IMG/VR virus record: IMGVR_UViG_3300032229_000533
Span: 118,340 to 182,339 of that record
Strand: one strand, 5' to 3'
Length of the DNA stretch: 64,000 nucleotides
Source of the DNA: a virus
Shown here: positions 32,873-43,821 of the stretch, one piece after another
How the letters are laid out: every line of letters starts with the position of its first letter
Position numbering within the stretch: the first letter of the stretch is position 1
The notes under the pieces: model-generated
Told to the model about the DNA's origin: nothing
Databases searched by the model: none
The model's input: only the letters and a program-made list of their open reading frames with translations
Made by a program: the position numbers and the translations under genes

Positions 32873-33046
32873 AACACAAATATAAAATAAAATTTGGAGT
32901 TTCAAAACTCTTTTAAGATATTTATAGTTATGATGACAAACAAAACCTCAGTGGTCTTTTGGAATTGAAGTCATATAATGAGAACTTAGGTGTAAAGAGG
33001 ATTGGAAATCTCTAACCATAAACAATCTAAATCAATACAATATTCA

Positions 33047-33077
33047 AAAGGGGTGAAAAATTTTTCATCCCTTTTTT
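33047..33077 (+). terminator. Intrinsic terminator upstream of HNH gene
   Basis: aaaaggggtgaaa..tttcatccctttttt. Confidence 0.75.
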
Positions 33078-33121
33078 GTTTTTTGTATGAAAATAACTTA
33101 TTCTTTTAAAAAACTATAAAA

Positions 33122-33610
33122 ATGAGCGGAGTATTAGTGCTGAATTATGATTATACCCCATTGAATATAACTTCAACAAGGAGGGGGTTTGTACTTGTAG
33201 ATAAAGGTAAAGCGGAGATTGTAAAATCTGACGAGAACCCTATTATTGCAGGTTTTAACACCTATGTTAGACCTTTAATTATTAGACTATTAAGTTATAT
33301 TAAACATAATACAAGGAATATTAGGGTTAACAGAACAAGGATTTATAAAAGGGACAATCATGAATGTGTTTATTGCGGGTCAAAAAAACAATTAACTTTA
33401 GACCACGTAATACCTAAATCAAGAGGAGGACGTAATGAATGGACTAATTTGGTGACATGTTGTTTTAAATGTAACCTTAGAAAAGGAAACAAGACTCCTG
33501 AAGAAGCAAAAATGACAATGAACGTAAAACCATATGTTCCGTCATTGTTAAATGAAAATGGATTATTAAATAAAGTGTGGAATGATTATCAACAATCCTT
33601 TGTTTATTAG
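33122..33610 (+). CDS. HNH endonuclease (McrA-like)
   Basis: CVYCG...LTLDHVIPKSRGG...WTNLVTCCFKCNLRKG. Confidence 0.9.
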   Translation: MSGVLVLNYDYTPLNITSTRRGFVLVDKGKAEIVKSDENPIIAGFNTYVRPLIIRLLSYIKHNTRNIRVNRTRIYKRDNHECVYCGSKKQLTLDHVIPKSRGGRNEWTNLVTCCFKCNLRKGNKTPEEAKMTMNVKPYVPSLLNENGLLNKVWNDYQQSFVY

Positions 33611-33648
33611 AAAAAATTACTAAAATTATAAAAAAGAAAAATTAAAAA

Positions 33649-33945
33649 ATGGAAAATTACACAAACCCAGAACAAACAGGGCAAGAACAAAACCCTCAAG
33701 ATTTACTAAACGCATCAATGTTGTTTGCAAGAGCATTAGGTCTTATTTTTAAAGAAGACGAAGGTATTGTTGTTGATGTTAATGGAGATGTTAAGTTGGG
33801 AGACGATGTTAAAAAAGTAATCGTATTCAGACAAAACAACCAAATTCACATTTTCAAATGTGATGAAGACGTTGAAGAAGGTATGGCAGTTAATTTAGGT
33901 CCAAACCCTGAAGAAGCACAAGAACCTGAAACAACACAAGAATAA
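33649..33945 (+). CDS. Acidic hypothetical protein
   Basis: 98 aa ORF. Confidence 0.65.
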   Translation: MENYTNPEQTGQEQNPQDLLNASMLFARALGLIFKEDEGIVVDVNGDVKLGDDVKKVIVFRQNNQIHIFKCDEDVEEGMAVNLGPNPEEAQEPETTQE

Positions 33946-33968
33946 AATTTAAACTTTAGTATTATTGA

Positions 33969-35633
33969 ATGAGGACATTAGGATTTTCTGTTGGCCACGA
34001 TAAAGGTGCTGTAATAATTGAAAACGGTAAAGTTGTTGTTGGTATAACTCAAGAAAGATTATCAAGAATTAAACATGATGGGGCATATCAAGGTGGTGCA
34101 TTACCTTATGAGTCCATCTTATATTGCCTAAATTATTTAGGTATTACAATTAAAGATATAAATTCTATTGTCTATAGTACTACAGAGATTATTGATAATG
34201 TTGAGGAACAGTTTAAAAAATATTTTGGTATTTCTGTTTCTCTTACATTTATCCCTCATCACTTGGCACATGCATATTCATCATTCTTCAGTTCAGGATT
34301 TGAAGATGCAGCAGTAATTGTTGCAGATGCGTCAGGAAGTATTTTAAATCATTTAAATAAGTTACCCAATTGGTACCCAAATGTTACAAAAGAAGGATTA
34401 AATCCTGAAGAAGATTGGGCAGAAGGTATTTCAATTTATCATTTAACTAGAAATACAAATAAAGAAGTTTATAAAAAATGGATAAAATATCCCGTCCCAT
34501 TAGAAACTGACGATGATGTTTCAGTTGGTACATTATATTCTGAAGGTTCACTACAATTAATATATGAACCAAATAACCACACTTGGCCTGCAGGTAAATT
34601 AATGGGGTTAGCATCTTATGCTAATCAAGATATTGTAAATGAGGCACCATATTATATTGTGGAAAAAGATGGTGATATTTTTATTCCAAACAAAAGGATT
34701 TATCCAAAAGTAACATACAGTTCAGATTTTTATTCTAAGGCATGTGTCGCTGGAATTTATCAGAGAGAACAAGAAAGAGTGTCAATTATGTTGGCAAATA
34801 AAGCCAAAGAATTAACAGACTCTAATAATGTTTGCGTCGCTGGAGGGTCATTTTTAAATTGTAATTCAAATGAAAAAATATTAAACTCAGGTCTTTTTGA
34901 GAATTCATATTTTGTTCCACCTGCAGATGATAGTGGTATTCCATTAGGATGTGCATGGTTTGCATATCAAGAATTATTAGACATTAAAGAAACTGAAATG
35001 TTTAGTCCATATATTGGTAAAACATATTCAAGACTAGAAGTTATTGAAGCAATCAATAAACACAAAATTTTGAATTTTAAAGAATACGACAATATGGAAG
35101 AACTAAACAATGATGTCTCAAACTTATTGGTTGAGAATAGAGTTATTGGTTGGTTCCAAGGTGGTTCAGAAATAGGTCCAAGAGCTTTGGGTAACCGTTC
35201 AATTTTGGCGTCACCAATTAATCCTTGGATGTCAGGTCATATTAATGCCGATATTAAAAAACGAGAATGGTACAGACCATTCGCACCTGCAGTATTGTTT
35301 GAATATCAAAAAGATATTTTTGAATCTGATGTTTATTCACCATACATGATGGTAACAACTTCAGTTAAAGAGAATTGGAGAAATAGAATACCCGCAGTGA
35401 CCCATATTGATTATTCTGCAAGACATCAATCAGTCACCGAATCAAGTAACAACAAATTCTATAATTTAATTAATAGTTTTTACAATAAGACGGGAGTTCC
35501 AGTGTTACTTAACACAAGTTTCAATGGTCCTAAAGAACCTATAGTTGAAAGTCCTTATGATGCAATTAGAACGTTTTTAGAAACAGGATTAGACCATGTT
35601 GTTATCAACAATTTCATGATTAGTAAAAATTAA
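33969..35633 (+). CDS. O-carbamoyltransferase (NodU/CmcH family)
   Basis: HDKGA, HHLAHAYS, GGSFLNC, PPADDSG, EIGPRALGNRSILA, REWYRPFAP, PVLLNTSFN. Confidence 0.92.
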   Translation: MRTLGFSVGHDKGAVIIENGKVVVGITQERLSRIKHDGAYQGGALPYESILYCLNYLGITIKDINSIVYSTTEIIDNVEEQFKKYFGISVSLTFIPHHLAHAYSSFFSSGFEDAAVIVADASGSILNHLNKLPNWYPNVTKEGLNPEEDWAEGISIYHLTRNTNKEVYKKWIKYPVPLETDDDVSVGTLYSEGSLQLIYEPNNHTWPAGKLMGLASYANQDIVNEAPYYIVEKDGDIFIPNKRIYPKVTYSSDFYSKACVAGIYQREQERVSIMLANKAKELTDSNNVCVAGGSFLNCNSNEKILNSGLFENSYFVPPADDSGIPLGCAWFAYQELLDIKETEMFSPYIGKTYSRLEVIEAINKHKILNFKEYDNMEELNNDVSNLLVENRVIGWFQGGSEIGPRALGNRSILASPINPWMSGHINADIKKREWYRPFAPAVLFEYQKDIFESDVYSPYMMVTTSVKENWRNRIPAVTHIDYSARHQSVTESSNNKFYNLINSFYNKTGVPVLLNTSFNGPKEPIVESPYDAIRTFLETGLDHVVINNFMISKN

Positions 35634-35685
35634 TTTTGCACTTTAATTCTTTTTACTTACATTTGCATAAACAAATAGATAGAAT

Positions 35686-36366
35686 ATGAATTACGGACAA
35701 GAATTTCAATCGTACTACACGAAACATTTAGGTAAACCATCATCACATTTGGATTACTTTGCTCAACACGTTGAGTCATCAATGACCCCCTACATTTTGG
35801 AAGAAAGAGAGATGAGGGTAACCCAAATGGATATCTTTTCTCGTTTGATGAGAGACCGTTTATTGTGGGTTGCGGGTCCTGTTAACGACCACATGTCAAC
35901 AATTGTTCAAGCTCAATTGATGTTCTTGGATTCAACAGACAAAGCGGATATTACAATGCATATTGATTCTCCTGGTGGAAGTGTTAAATCAGGATTATCT
36001 ATGGTAGATGTTATGGAATATATTTCTTGTGACATTAGAACTGTAAATACAGGTATGGCAGCATCTATGGGTTCAGTATTATTAGGTGCGGGTACAAAAG
36101 GTAAACGTTCATCACTTCGTTTTTCAAGAACAATGTTACACCAATCTTCAGGTGGTGCAGGAGGAAACATTCAAGACGCTCGTATCAACATGATTGAGTG
36201 GGAAAAAGTTAACAACATCTTATTTGATTTGTTGGGAAAATACTGTGGTAAACCTGCAGAACAAGTTATGAATGACGCAACTCGTGATTTATGGTTAAGT
36301 GCCGAAGAAGCTCTTGAGTACGGTATTATTGACGAAATCGTTAAAACAAAAAAGAAGGGTAATTAA
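35686..36366 (+). CDS. clpP: ATP-dependent Clp protease proteolytic subunit
   Basis: DIFSRLMRDR, IDSPGGSV, AASMGS (Ser), LHQ (His), RDLWLSAEEALEYG (Asp). Confidence 0.96.
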   Translation: MNYGQEFQSYYTKHLGKPSSHLDYFAQHVESSMTPYILEEREMRVTQMDIFSRLMRDRLLWVAGPVNDHMSTIVQAQLMFLDSTDKADITMHIDSPGGSVKSGLSMVDVMEYISCDIRTVNTGMAASMGSVLLGAGTKGKRSSLRFSRTMLHQSSGGAGGNIQDARINMIEWEKVNNILFDLLGKYCGKPAEQVMNDATRDLWLSAEEALEYGIIDEIVKTKKKGN

Positions 36367-36458
36367 CCCTTCTTCTCTGAGATTTTGGAACACCCCCTTC
36401 GTTTTAGTTCTCATTTATATTCAAGAGCTTTCACTCTTTGAATGCCTTTACCCCGTGG

Positions 36459-37202
36459 TTAACTAACTGCGGGGTTTACTTTATTTTTTACGGTATTTAC
36501 CGCTGTTTGAACATTATCAGTAACATTAGTTGCTGCAGTTTTAACAGTATCTGAAGTATCATCTTTTACTTTTTCAACTACCTTTTTTGCGTTATCACTA
36601 AATTTACCAAGTATACCACAAACTGTGTTTCCAAGACCTTTTTCAATACCTTGAATAAATTCGCTTCCTTCCAATACATCACCCATAGTATTTCTAATAA
36701 AACTATATCCAGAACCTGTTAAACCTTTACTTGTTTGAATTTGCATAACAATTGCTTCAGAAATACCTTCTGCAACTAACTTTGTCATTAATTTACAATC
36801 ATTAAAAGATTTTATAACATCTGAAGGTCTTGATGTTAGGTATGCTGTTAAAAAATTAGTAAAAAATCCCTCACCAAATAATGGAGTTAATATTTTTTTG
36901 AACATTGGTTCAAAAATTGTTTGGGTTAAATTACCAAACCACCCACCGAATAGTTGTGACATTAGTGAACCTAAATTTTGTTCAGTAATTAAACCATTTT
37001 CTTGTAAGAAAGTAACTTCCTGAATAAACTTTAAACTTAACTTAAGTTGTTTTTCTTCAGATAAAGATTTAAAATCTTTTTCACTTTCAATACCTTCAAA
37101 TATAATTGAAATTCTATTTTTGATTAAAGATTCTTCAATTAAACGTTTTTCTTTTCTTTCTTTAGTTTCAAGTAAAGATTTTCTAACTTTTTTCTCTAAC
37201 AT
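36459..37202 (-). CDS. Hypothetical protein (probable virion-associated)
   Basis: 247 aa, in a block of minus-strand genes with TATTTATA motifs. Confidence 0.7.
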   Translation of the reverse strand: MLEKKVRKSLLETKERKEKRLIEESLIKNRISIIFEGIESEKDFKSLSEEKQLKLSLKFIQEVTFLQENGLITEQNLGSLMSQLFGGWFGNLTQTIFEPMFKKILTPLFGEGFFTNFLTAYLTSRPSDVIKSFNDCKLMTKLVAEGISEAIVMQIQTSKGLTGSGYSFIRNTMGDVLEGSEFIQGIEKGLGNTVCGILGKFSDNAKKVVEKVKDDTSDTVKTAATNVTDNVQTAVNTVKNKVNPAVS

Positions 37203-37209
37203 AAATTTA

Positions 37210-38253
37210 TTAGTTTAATCTCCATTTAGCGTCGTCACCAGCTCTTGATGGACCACCGATTCCACCACTCATAATTTCTAAGTAGTTATCCATTCTACGT
37301 CCACCTGACAATATTCCCCAATCTCCACCATATTCATTTTTACATGCTTGAGTTTTAGCCTTTAACGCTTCAAATTCATTAGGTTCTAATGGTCTTTTCT
37401 TTTTGAATGCTAAGTAATACGCTTCAATAGTTTTTTTACAATCTTTTGAGTTTGTAGGAATTCTATTTTGAAGTGATTGTTGTATTGTTGTTGTAATTGT
37501 TTCGTCCTTAACGGTAACTGTAGGGTCAAAATACATTATTAAATCTTGTGAAAAATATCCTTCAGATGCTGGACTAACAACTCTTGAAACCCAAGTTTTT
37601 GCTTGTTCAGGGTCTAAGTCTTTTCTTAATTTAGCACCTTGTGATGTCCATTTTGTAATAATATCTTTTTGGTCTTTAGTTAAAGCTTCCCCAATACCTG
37701 AAGAGGCAACTCTTCTATAAAGTGTGGTACCATTAAAATCTTTTTTCTCATACATAACAGGGTTTTCAATATTCTGTTCTGTATCAGTTTTTAGTAAATC
37801 TTCTTTTGTTTTCCAATCACCTTCTTTTTTTGTTTTATCAACATTTGTTTTTGCCGCGGCTTCAGCATCTGCGGTCATAGCAGGACATGCCCATTTTTTA
37901 TTAGAAGCTGATAATGTTTTTTTACCTGTAGCGTCAGTTGATACAACGTCAAAAGTATAATCGTCTTTTATATATAATTCATCACCTTTCTTAAAATATT
38001 TATTTGCAGAATCATAATCAGCAACTTTATATAAAACACTTGGTTTACCAGGAGCACTTTTAATTACACCGCCAACCGCAATTTTACATTTCTTGTCTCT
38101 TGCCGCTTTTAAAAATTCAACACCTGTTAGTTGAGTTGCTTGCTCATTCACCATAAGTCTTGTAACTTTAGACTGAAGAGCTTTTTTAAATAAATTATGT
38201 TGCTCAAGAATTTCTCTTTTTTCTTGTTCGTTAGCTTCAAATATTAGTTTCAT
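37210..38253 (-). CDS. Hypothetical protein (probable virion-associated)
   Basis: 347 aa; N-terminal EQEKREILEQH...VNEQ leader. Confidence 0.7.
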   Translation of the reverse strand: MKLIFEANEQEKREILEQHNLFKKALQSKVTRLMVNEQATQLTGVEFLKAARDKKCKIAVGGVIKSAPGKPSVLYKVADYDSANKYFKKGDELYIKDDYTFDVVSTDATGKKTLSASNKKWACPAMTADAEAAAKTNVDKTKKEGDWKTKEDLLKTDTEQNIENPVMYEKKDFNGTTLYRRVASSGIGEALTKDQKDIITKWTSQGAKLRKDLDPEQAKTWVSRVVSPASEGYFSQDLIMYFDPTVTVKDETITTTIQQSLQNRIPTNSKDCKKTIEAYYLAFKKKRPLEPNEFEALKAKTQACKNEYGGDWGILSGGRRMDNYLEIMSGGIGGPSRAGDDAKWRLN

Positions 38254-38276
38254 ATTGTTGTTTTTTATTTTAATTA

Positions 38277-39359
38277 TTATTGTTCAACCGCTGGTTCAGA
38301 CGCTGGTGATGTCGGTTCATCTACCGAAGTTTCAATTTCATCTGTAGTATAATCTTCATAACCTGTAACGCCAGTTGTTGCAGTACCTGTTGTTGTAGTA
38401 TCAGTTGTTGTAGTACCAGTTGTTGCAGTACTACCAGTTGTTGCTGATACACCTGAATCACCACATACCGCAATAATTGTTTCAGTTGTAATTACTGTCC
38501 CGTCTTGACTTCTACTTTCTAAATATTCTTGTGTGATTGGCCCAAAATTACCTGTTTGATATCTTGTCGGCATTTTTAAACAAGCTTGAACTTTTCTAAT
38601 AGTTTCGTTTTTACAATATTGTTTGATTGGTAATGTTTCAGGACATGAAGTGTATTTACCTCCACCAGTTCCACCACTACCTCCATCAGCATTGGAGTTA
38701 TCTGCAGGAATATCCGATGGTGCTTCAGCATTGCTATCATGGTAATACCACCATAACGCAAGTGCACCAATACCAAGTGGAACACCCCATTTTTTAACTC
38801 TCGCCCAATTCCATCCTTTTTTAGTTACACCTTCAACTAATTCTTGTTGTTCTTTAGCAGTAATTTTTGCCAAATCTTTTTGAACTTGAGGTGTTTTTGC
38901 TATAGTAGGTTTTAGTTCTTTTGTACTTCCACCAAACAATTTTTTAGTTTTAGCTACGACATTTTTAACACCTGTTGAAGCTTTAGCCGCTATTTTTGTT
39001 AATACATTTTTTTCTTGTTTTAAAATGTTCAAACCCTCAGCCCTTATCGTTTTTGCAATTTCAACTCTAAGGGCAGACTTTTCAGGGTTAGTTAATGCTC
39101 TGCCTAACTTTCCGTAAATATCTTTATAAAGTTGGGCCATGTTTACTAAGTCACCTTTTTTAACTGACGCTTCAACCGCCTCATAACCTTGTTTCTTTAC
39201 CATTTGTTTAATTGAATTACTAACTTGTTGACGGGTAACTTTTGCAAGTTCCGCTCTAGCAATACCTTTAATAATATCATCGGGTTGCTCATTAATTGAC
39301 ATCAGTTCAGATATCCTTCTAATTTCTGTTAAGATTTCTTTATTTATATTTGAATTCAT
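38277..39359 (-). CDS. Membrane-anchored protein with peptidoglycan-binding-like motif
   Basis: TM segment (GVPLGIGALALWWYY); IRKVQACLKM...GNFGPITQ resembles PG_binding_1; Thr-rich tail. Confidence 0.6.
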   Translation of the reverse strand: MNSNINKEILTEIRRISELMSINEQPDDIIKGIARAELAKVTRQQVSNSIKQMVKKQGYEAVEASVKKGDLVNMAQLYKDIYGKLGRALTNPEKSALRVEIAKTIRAEGLNILKQEKNVLTKIAAKASTGVKNVVAKTKKLFGGSTKELKPTIAKTPQVQKDLAKITAKEQQELVEGVTKKGWNWARVKKWGVPLGIGALALWWYYHDSNAEAPSDIPADNSNADGGSGGTGGGKYTSCPETLPIKQYCKNETIRKVQACLKMPTRYQTGNFGPITQEYLESRSQDGTVITTETIIAVCGDSGVSATTGSTATTGTTTTDTTTTGTATTGVTGYEDYTTDEIETSVDEPTSPASEPAVEQ

Positions 39360-39392
39360 TTTTTTTTTCTTTTTCTATAAATATGTTTATTT

Positions 39393-40898
39393 TTATAATC
39401 CACTTTGCATTTGTTCTATTTTTTTAATTTCTTCCTTATCCCTTGCACTTTTGGCAATTAATTTTGAAGCACTAAGTAGTGTTGACATAATTTTTTCTTT
39501 TGCCCTTTGAGGTATTAATTTCATTACACCACTTTCATCCATAGTTACTCCTATTGCACTAAGTTGCGCACCATCAACAACACCTATTTCTTTTACTTTT
39601 ACTCCCTGTTTAGCAAAACATGCTTGAAGTATTTTAACAGCGTTTAATGTATTTTCATTAAATGTATTACCACCATCAATAGTTTTTGGGTCAATTTTTT
39701 GACATTTAAGTTCTCCTGTTGTAAAAGCGGCATTATATAACCCACTTTTAAAAAAATCATTAAGTAATCCAACATCAGTTCCTGTACTTCCTTTACTTAA
39801 CGTTCTTTGTTTTGCCACCCAACCAGCGACAAGTCCAGTTGCGGTTGCTGCGGCACCTTGTTTACTGAAAAGTTGTGAAATAAATTTTTCAACAGTAATG
39901 AAAATATTATCAATGAACCCAAGAACAGAATCTATAACAGGTTTAGCCTTTGGAATATATTTTATAATTAAGTCACCAAAACTTTTTATAGTACTCTTTA
40001 ACCATGGCATTTTTTCTAATAAAGCCTTCAACATTTTAACCGTTGAGGACGGGGCTTTTTTAATCCCTTGCTTCAATCCAGCTTTAGTTGCGGAACCTGC
40101 CGCGGCAGTAAATGCTAAAGATATTAAGTCTGTTACTAAAAACATGTAAGGATTTGATGCTCTATCAGGGTCTTCAGGGTCATAATTTTTGTTTTTAATT
40201 TCCCACATATCCAAAATAACAATCATTACCCAAACTAATTTATTTGCGCCTGTAGTCACAGGTATCATGGCAGTAACAACATCAACAACGGTACCAATTG
40301 CGGTCATTGAATTTCTTCTAATCCATCTTAACGCAGGTACAAACGCACCCATTAATAATTTATTGGCATATTCCTTACCAAGACTTAAAGCTTTATTCCC
40401 AAGTTCTTTTGTTTTATCAACAACTTTGGAACCTATTTTTGATGCGTTTTTAGTAGACCAAAAATCTTTATTAAATGGATTGTAAGTTTGTTCTAAGATA
40501 ACACCACTTGTGTGATATTCTTTTATGATTTGTGATACAGTTTCTTTTGTCCATTCAATACCTTCTAAAACAAATTCAACTGTTCTTGAAGCCTCTTCAC
40601 GTAACATATCAACAGGTGCCGTTAACATTAAAGATTCTTTAATAATTTCAGTAATAACCCAAGTATTTTCCCATATATTACCAATTAGTTTTCCACCTGA
40701 AAACACCTCATCCATGTAAATAACATATTTTTTATTTTCTGTTATTACAAAATCAAAGACATAGTTGTTTAATTCAACCGAGGTTGATTGTGGCTTTAAG
40801 ACATTTAAATTCTCATTCAAAGTTTTTGATGAATCGTAACTCATCCTTAACTTAATTGCTTGTAATGCCTCTTCTGGTGAATATTTTGGTTGTATCAT
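39393..40898 (-). CDS. Large hypothetical protein with hydrophobic helices
   Basis: 501 aa; TATTTATA upstream (40907-14). Confidence 0.7.
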   Translation of the reverse strand: MIQPKYSPEEALQAIKLRMSYDSSKTLNENLNVLKPQSTSVELNNYVFDFVITENKKYVIYMDEVFSGGKLIGNIWENTWVITEIIKESLMLTAPVDMLREEASRTVEFVLEGIEWTKETVSQIIKEYHTSGVILEQTYNPFNKDFWSTKNASKIGSKVVDKTKELGNKALSLGKEYANKLLMGAFVPALRWIRRNSMTAIGTVVDVVTAMIPVTTGANKLVWVMIVILDMWEIKNKNYDPEDPDRASNPYMFLVTDLISLAFTAAAGSATKAGLKQGIKKAPSSTVKMLKALLEKMPWLKSTIKSFGDLIIKYIPKAKPVIDSVLGFIDNIFITVEKFISQLFSKQGAAATATGLVAGWVAKQRTLSKGSTGTDVGLLNDFFKSGLYNAAFTTGELKCQKIDPKTIDGGNTFNENTLNAVKILQACFAKQGVKVKEIGVVDGAQLSAIGVTMDESGVMKLIPQRAKEKIMSTLLSASKLIAKSARDKEEIKKIEQMQSGL

Positions 40899-40922
40899 TG
40901 TATTATTATAAATATATTAAGG

Positions 40923-41171
40923 TTACCAAATTTGGTTCGCACTACCTCTAGTTAATCCTGTCTCCCATTTTTCACCGCCTTTACCTAACATATTAGCTTT
41001 ACCTCTTTTTGTTTGATATGAATCTGACCATTTAGGAACACTACCTCCACCTCCTCCTGATGATGGTGATGATGGTGCCGCTGCGGCTTCTTGTTCTCCC
41101 ATTTCTTCTTTAGAATCCTTACCTGAATACTTGTTGAAGAAGTCTATTAAAAAATCTACGTCTAAATTCAT
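40923..41171 (-). CDS. Small hypothetical protein
   Basis: 82 aa; C-terminal RGKANML...WETGLTRGSANQIW. Confidence 0.65.
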   Translation of the reverse strand: MNLDVDFLIDFFNKYSGKDSKEEMGEQEAAAAPSSPSSGGGGGSVPKWSDSYQTKRGKANMLGKGGEKWETGLTRGSANQIW

Positions 41172-41218
41172 AGTAATAAATATTTTTGTTATTAGAAAAA
41201 ATTTATTATATTTGCCCT

Positions 41219-41752
41219 ATGGGAAAATTATATCTTATATTAGTTTTATTCTTACTGACATCTTGTGAAAAGTTTGTACTTGAAACAAGTGATGTGACTT
41301 TAAGCGGTAAGTATGTTGTGTCAAAGTTGGACATTACTAGTGTTGACCAAAATACAAGTTATGATTCGTTATATACTGTTGGGGATACGTATGTTAATCC
41401 TATATTACCTGACCCAATAGACTCAATTGTAGTTAATAGGTTTTATTTACACTTTGATTATTCAACTGTTAGAATGAATCAGTTAGGTGTTAATCCTACA
41501 GGTAGAGACCTTTGGCAATATGGTTCATCACCAAATGAAATATTCTACAGAATATTATCTAACAATTCTTATAATAGAGGGTTTTTACAATTTGATTACG
41601 TTACTGTAGATGGTTCAGCAAGGACCCTAACCTTTTTAATTGAAGATGATGGGTTTGAATCACTACAATTAAAAAGTGCTGGTGCATGGTTTAAAGGCAA
41701 GTTTGGTGAAAAACAAGTTATGACACTATACTTGACAAGAGTTGGTCCTTAA
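41219..41752 (+). CDS. Lipoprotein
   Basis: Start moved to MGKLYLILVLFLLTS-C, after a TATATTTG box. Confidence 0.75.
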   Translation: MGKLYLILVLFLLTSCEKFVLETSDVTLSGKYVVSKLDITSVDQNTSYDSLYTVGDTYVNPILPDPIDSIVVNRFYLHFDYSTVRMNQLGVNPTGRDLWQYGSSPNEIFYRILSNNSYNRGFLQFDYVTVDGSARTLTFLIEDDGFESLQLKSAGAWFKGKFGEKQVMTLYLTRVGP

Positions 41753-42054
41753 TATAACTCAGCCTTTGGTAATGATTTTGGATTTATTTCGTAATATTCA
41801 TTTAAAAACGAAATAAGTTCATCTTCATCCAATTCAATTTTTGATTCTTCTTCAAACAAATCTTCTTCGTTAAATTCATCATCATAAAATCCAAAAGTAT
41901 CTGACTCAAGTACAAACCCGTACTCTTCGGTTATTGAATAATCAATGTTATCAGTTCTTAGAACATCATCTTCATCGTCAATAGTTCTGAAAGATACTTC
42001 CAAGATGTTTGACTCTACACTTAAAAAATATGACACAATTTCTTTAATTTCCAT
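41749..42054 (-). CDS. Acidic hypothetical protein
   Basis: Start moved to MEIKEI. Confidence 0.65.
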   Translation of the reverse strand: MEIKEIVSYFLSVESNILEVSFRTIDDEDDVLRTDNIDYSITEEYGFVLESDTFGFYDDEFNEEDLFEEESKIELDEDELISFLNEYYEINPKSLPKAELY

Positions 42055-42172
42055 AATTAAAACTTTTTTATAATGAAATATTATAAAAAAGACCAAAAGT
42101 CAAATATTAATTTAAGAAAAGAGTTTTTTTTCTATTTTTAAATTTTATATTTAAGTAGAAACAAACAGTAAT

Positions 42173-42754
42173 ATGAGATTTAATTCGTTAACAATAGACA
42201 ATTTTTACGCTAACCCTATGGATGTTCGTGAGTTTGCACTTAAACAAGAATTTAAGGTCAGAGGTAACTATCCAGGTCAAAGAACTGAATCATTTTTAAC
42301 GGATGCAACCAGAAAGACATTAAGAGATATTCTTTATCCTTTTGCTGGTGAAATTACGAATTGGGGTGGGGAATATACAGGTTCGTTTCAGTACACCACC
42401 GCAACAGACAGGTCTTGGATTCACTCTGATTCAACAACTGATTGGGCCGCAGTTTGTTATTTAACCCCTGACGCACCTGTAACTGCAGGAACAGGTATTT
42501 TTAGACACAAACAAACGGGCTGGATGAATTTTGATTACAAAAGAGAACATGATGAAGAATACATGAGACAAGCTCCTCCAGGTCATGATTCACAAGATTA
42601 TACTAAATGGGAAATGGTTGATAGAGTTGGTAATGTATTTAACAGATTAATCATGTATAGAGCAGATAATTACCATGTATCTTTAGATTACTTTGGAAAA
42701 GATATGTATGACGGTAGATTATTCCAAGTATTCTTTTTTAATACCGAACGTTAA
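42173..42754 (+). CDS. 2OG-Fe(II) oxygenase-like protein (DUF6445-like)
   Basis: IDNFYANP..VR, NYPGQRT, WIHSD, AAVCYL, NRLIMY...YH. Confidence 0.75.
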   Translation: MRFNSLTIDNFYANPMDVREFALKQEFKVRGNYPGQRTESFLTDATRKTLRDILYPFAGEITNWGGEYTGSFQYTTATDRSWIHSDSTTDWAAVCYLTPDAPVTAGTGIFRHKQTGWMNFDYKREHDEEYMRQAPPGHDSQDYTKWEMVDRVGNVFNRLIMYRADNYHVSLDYFGKDMYDGRLFQVFFFNTER

Positions 42755-43161
42755 TCTAAATTAATTCGTTCAATAAAATCAGGATTTAATTCATAAATTA
42801 TTTCTGAAATACCTTCAATACACAAACAATGTCCATGTAATGTTGAAGTAACCATTCTTCGTTTATTAAATCCTAAGACAAAACTATTAAATTGTTTGTC
42901 ATTTTTATTCCAAATCCAACTTAATGGTATTATGTTATCCATGAAATTAATACTATCCTCAATGTAGGATTCAAAATATGGGATATCACATATTTCTAAA
43001 AAAGTTTTTAACTTGTTTGGTCTATTATGGTTGGTTTCATCAAATATTGAATATATCGCTCTTGGCCCCATGTTAGTTTTCCTAACAAAGTGCCAAATGT
43101 AATATTCATTTTCACTACTTATTCTTTCGTAGTCTTTAACCGTAATTTTTTCTCTAATCAT
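42751..43161 (-). CDS. Hypothetical protein
   Basis: Start moved to MIREK, which abuts the upstream stop. Confidence 0.6.
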   Translation of the reverse strand: MIREKITVKDYERISSENEYYIWHFVRKTNMGPRAIYSIFDETNHNRPNKLKTFLEICDIPYFESYIEDSINFMDNIIPLSWIWNKNDKQFNSFVLGFNKRRMVTSTLHGHCLCIEGISEIIYELNPDFIERINLD

Positions 43162-43754
43162 TATCTTAAGTTTGCACCGCAAAGCCAAGTAACCAAAGAT
43201 GTTCTAACACCTGAAGTTAATGGTGTTACTCTATGTAATAAAAAAGATGGGAAGAAACATATTAAACCTAATTCTTTAGGTACTGTCAAAATACTACCAC
43301 CAATGTTCATTTGTAATTCACCACCTTCATATTCTCCTGGGTCTGAAAGTTGTAATACCACTGATAGTTTTCTATTTGAAAGACCTGGTCCTAAGTCTGC
43401 ATGCCAATCATAATGTCCACCGTTACCGTAGTATTTTGTATATTGTAAACTGTCTTGATAACCCCAAATGTCAAAATTCCACATTTCTTTGTTTGCGATT
43501 TTTGCATAATCTGAAATCTTTGAGTATAACCATGCGTTATCTTTACTATCAGGTATCCAAGATATTTCACTTTTACGATAGTCTGTTACTTCGTTAGTGT
43601 CTCCACCACCTACTGCGGCTTGTTGTTTTGGTAAATTATCACCAATTTCTCTAATTTTGATTAATTCACTTGGAGTGAACGCTGATACAAAATAATAGTA
43701 ATTTAAGTGGTTTACGTTATTTCTTTGGTCTTGAATAAAATAGTGTGATGACAT
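43161..43754 (-). CDS. 2OG-Fe(II) oxygenase (prolyl-hydroxylase-like)
   Basis: YDWHAD, RKLSVVLQLSDP.EYEGG, FPSFLLHRVTP..SGVRTSLV.W. Confidence 0.9.
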   Translation of the reverse strand: MSSHYFIQDQRNNVNHLNYYYFVSAFTPSELIKIREIGDNLPKQQAAVGGGDTNEVTDYRKSEISWIPDSKDNAWLYSKISDYAKIANKEMWNFDIWGYQDSLQYTKYYGNGGHYDWHADLGPGLSNRKLSVVLQLSDPGEYEGGELQMNIGGSILTVPKELGLICFFPSFLLHRVTPLTSGVRTSLVTWLCGANLR

Positions 43755-43821
43755 TTGTATAAAATTTATTACTATAATTATAAGATATTAAACTTATCAA
43801 TTCAATATTTAAATTGTCGTT

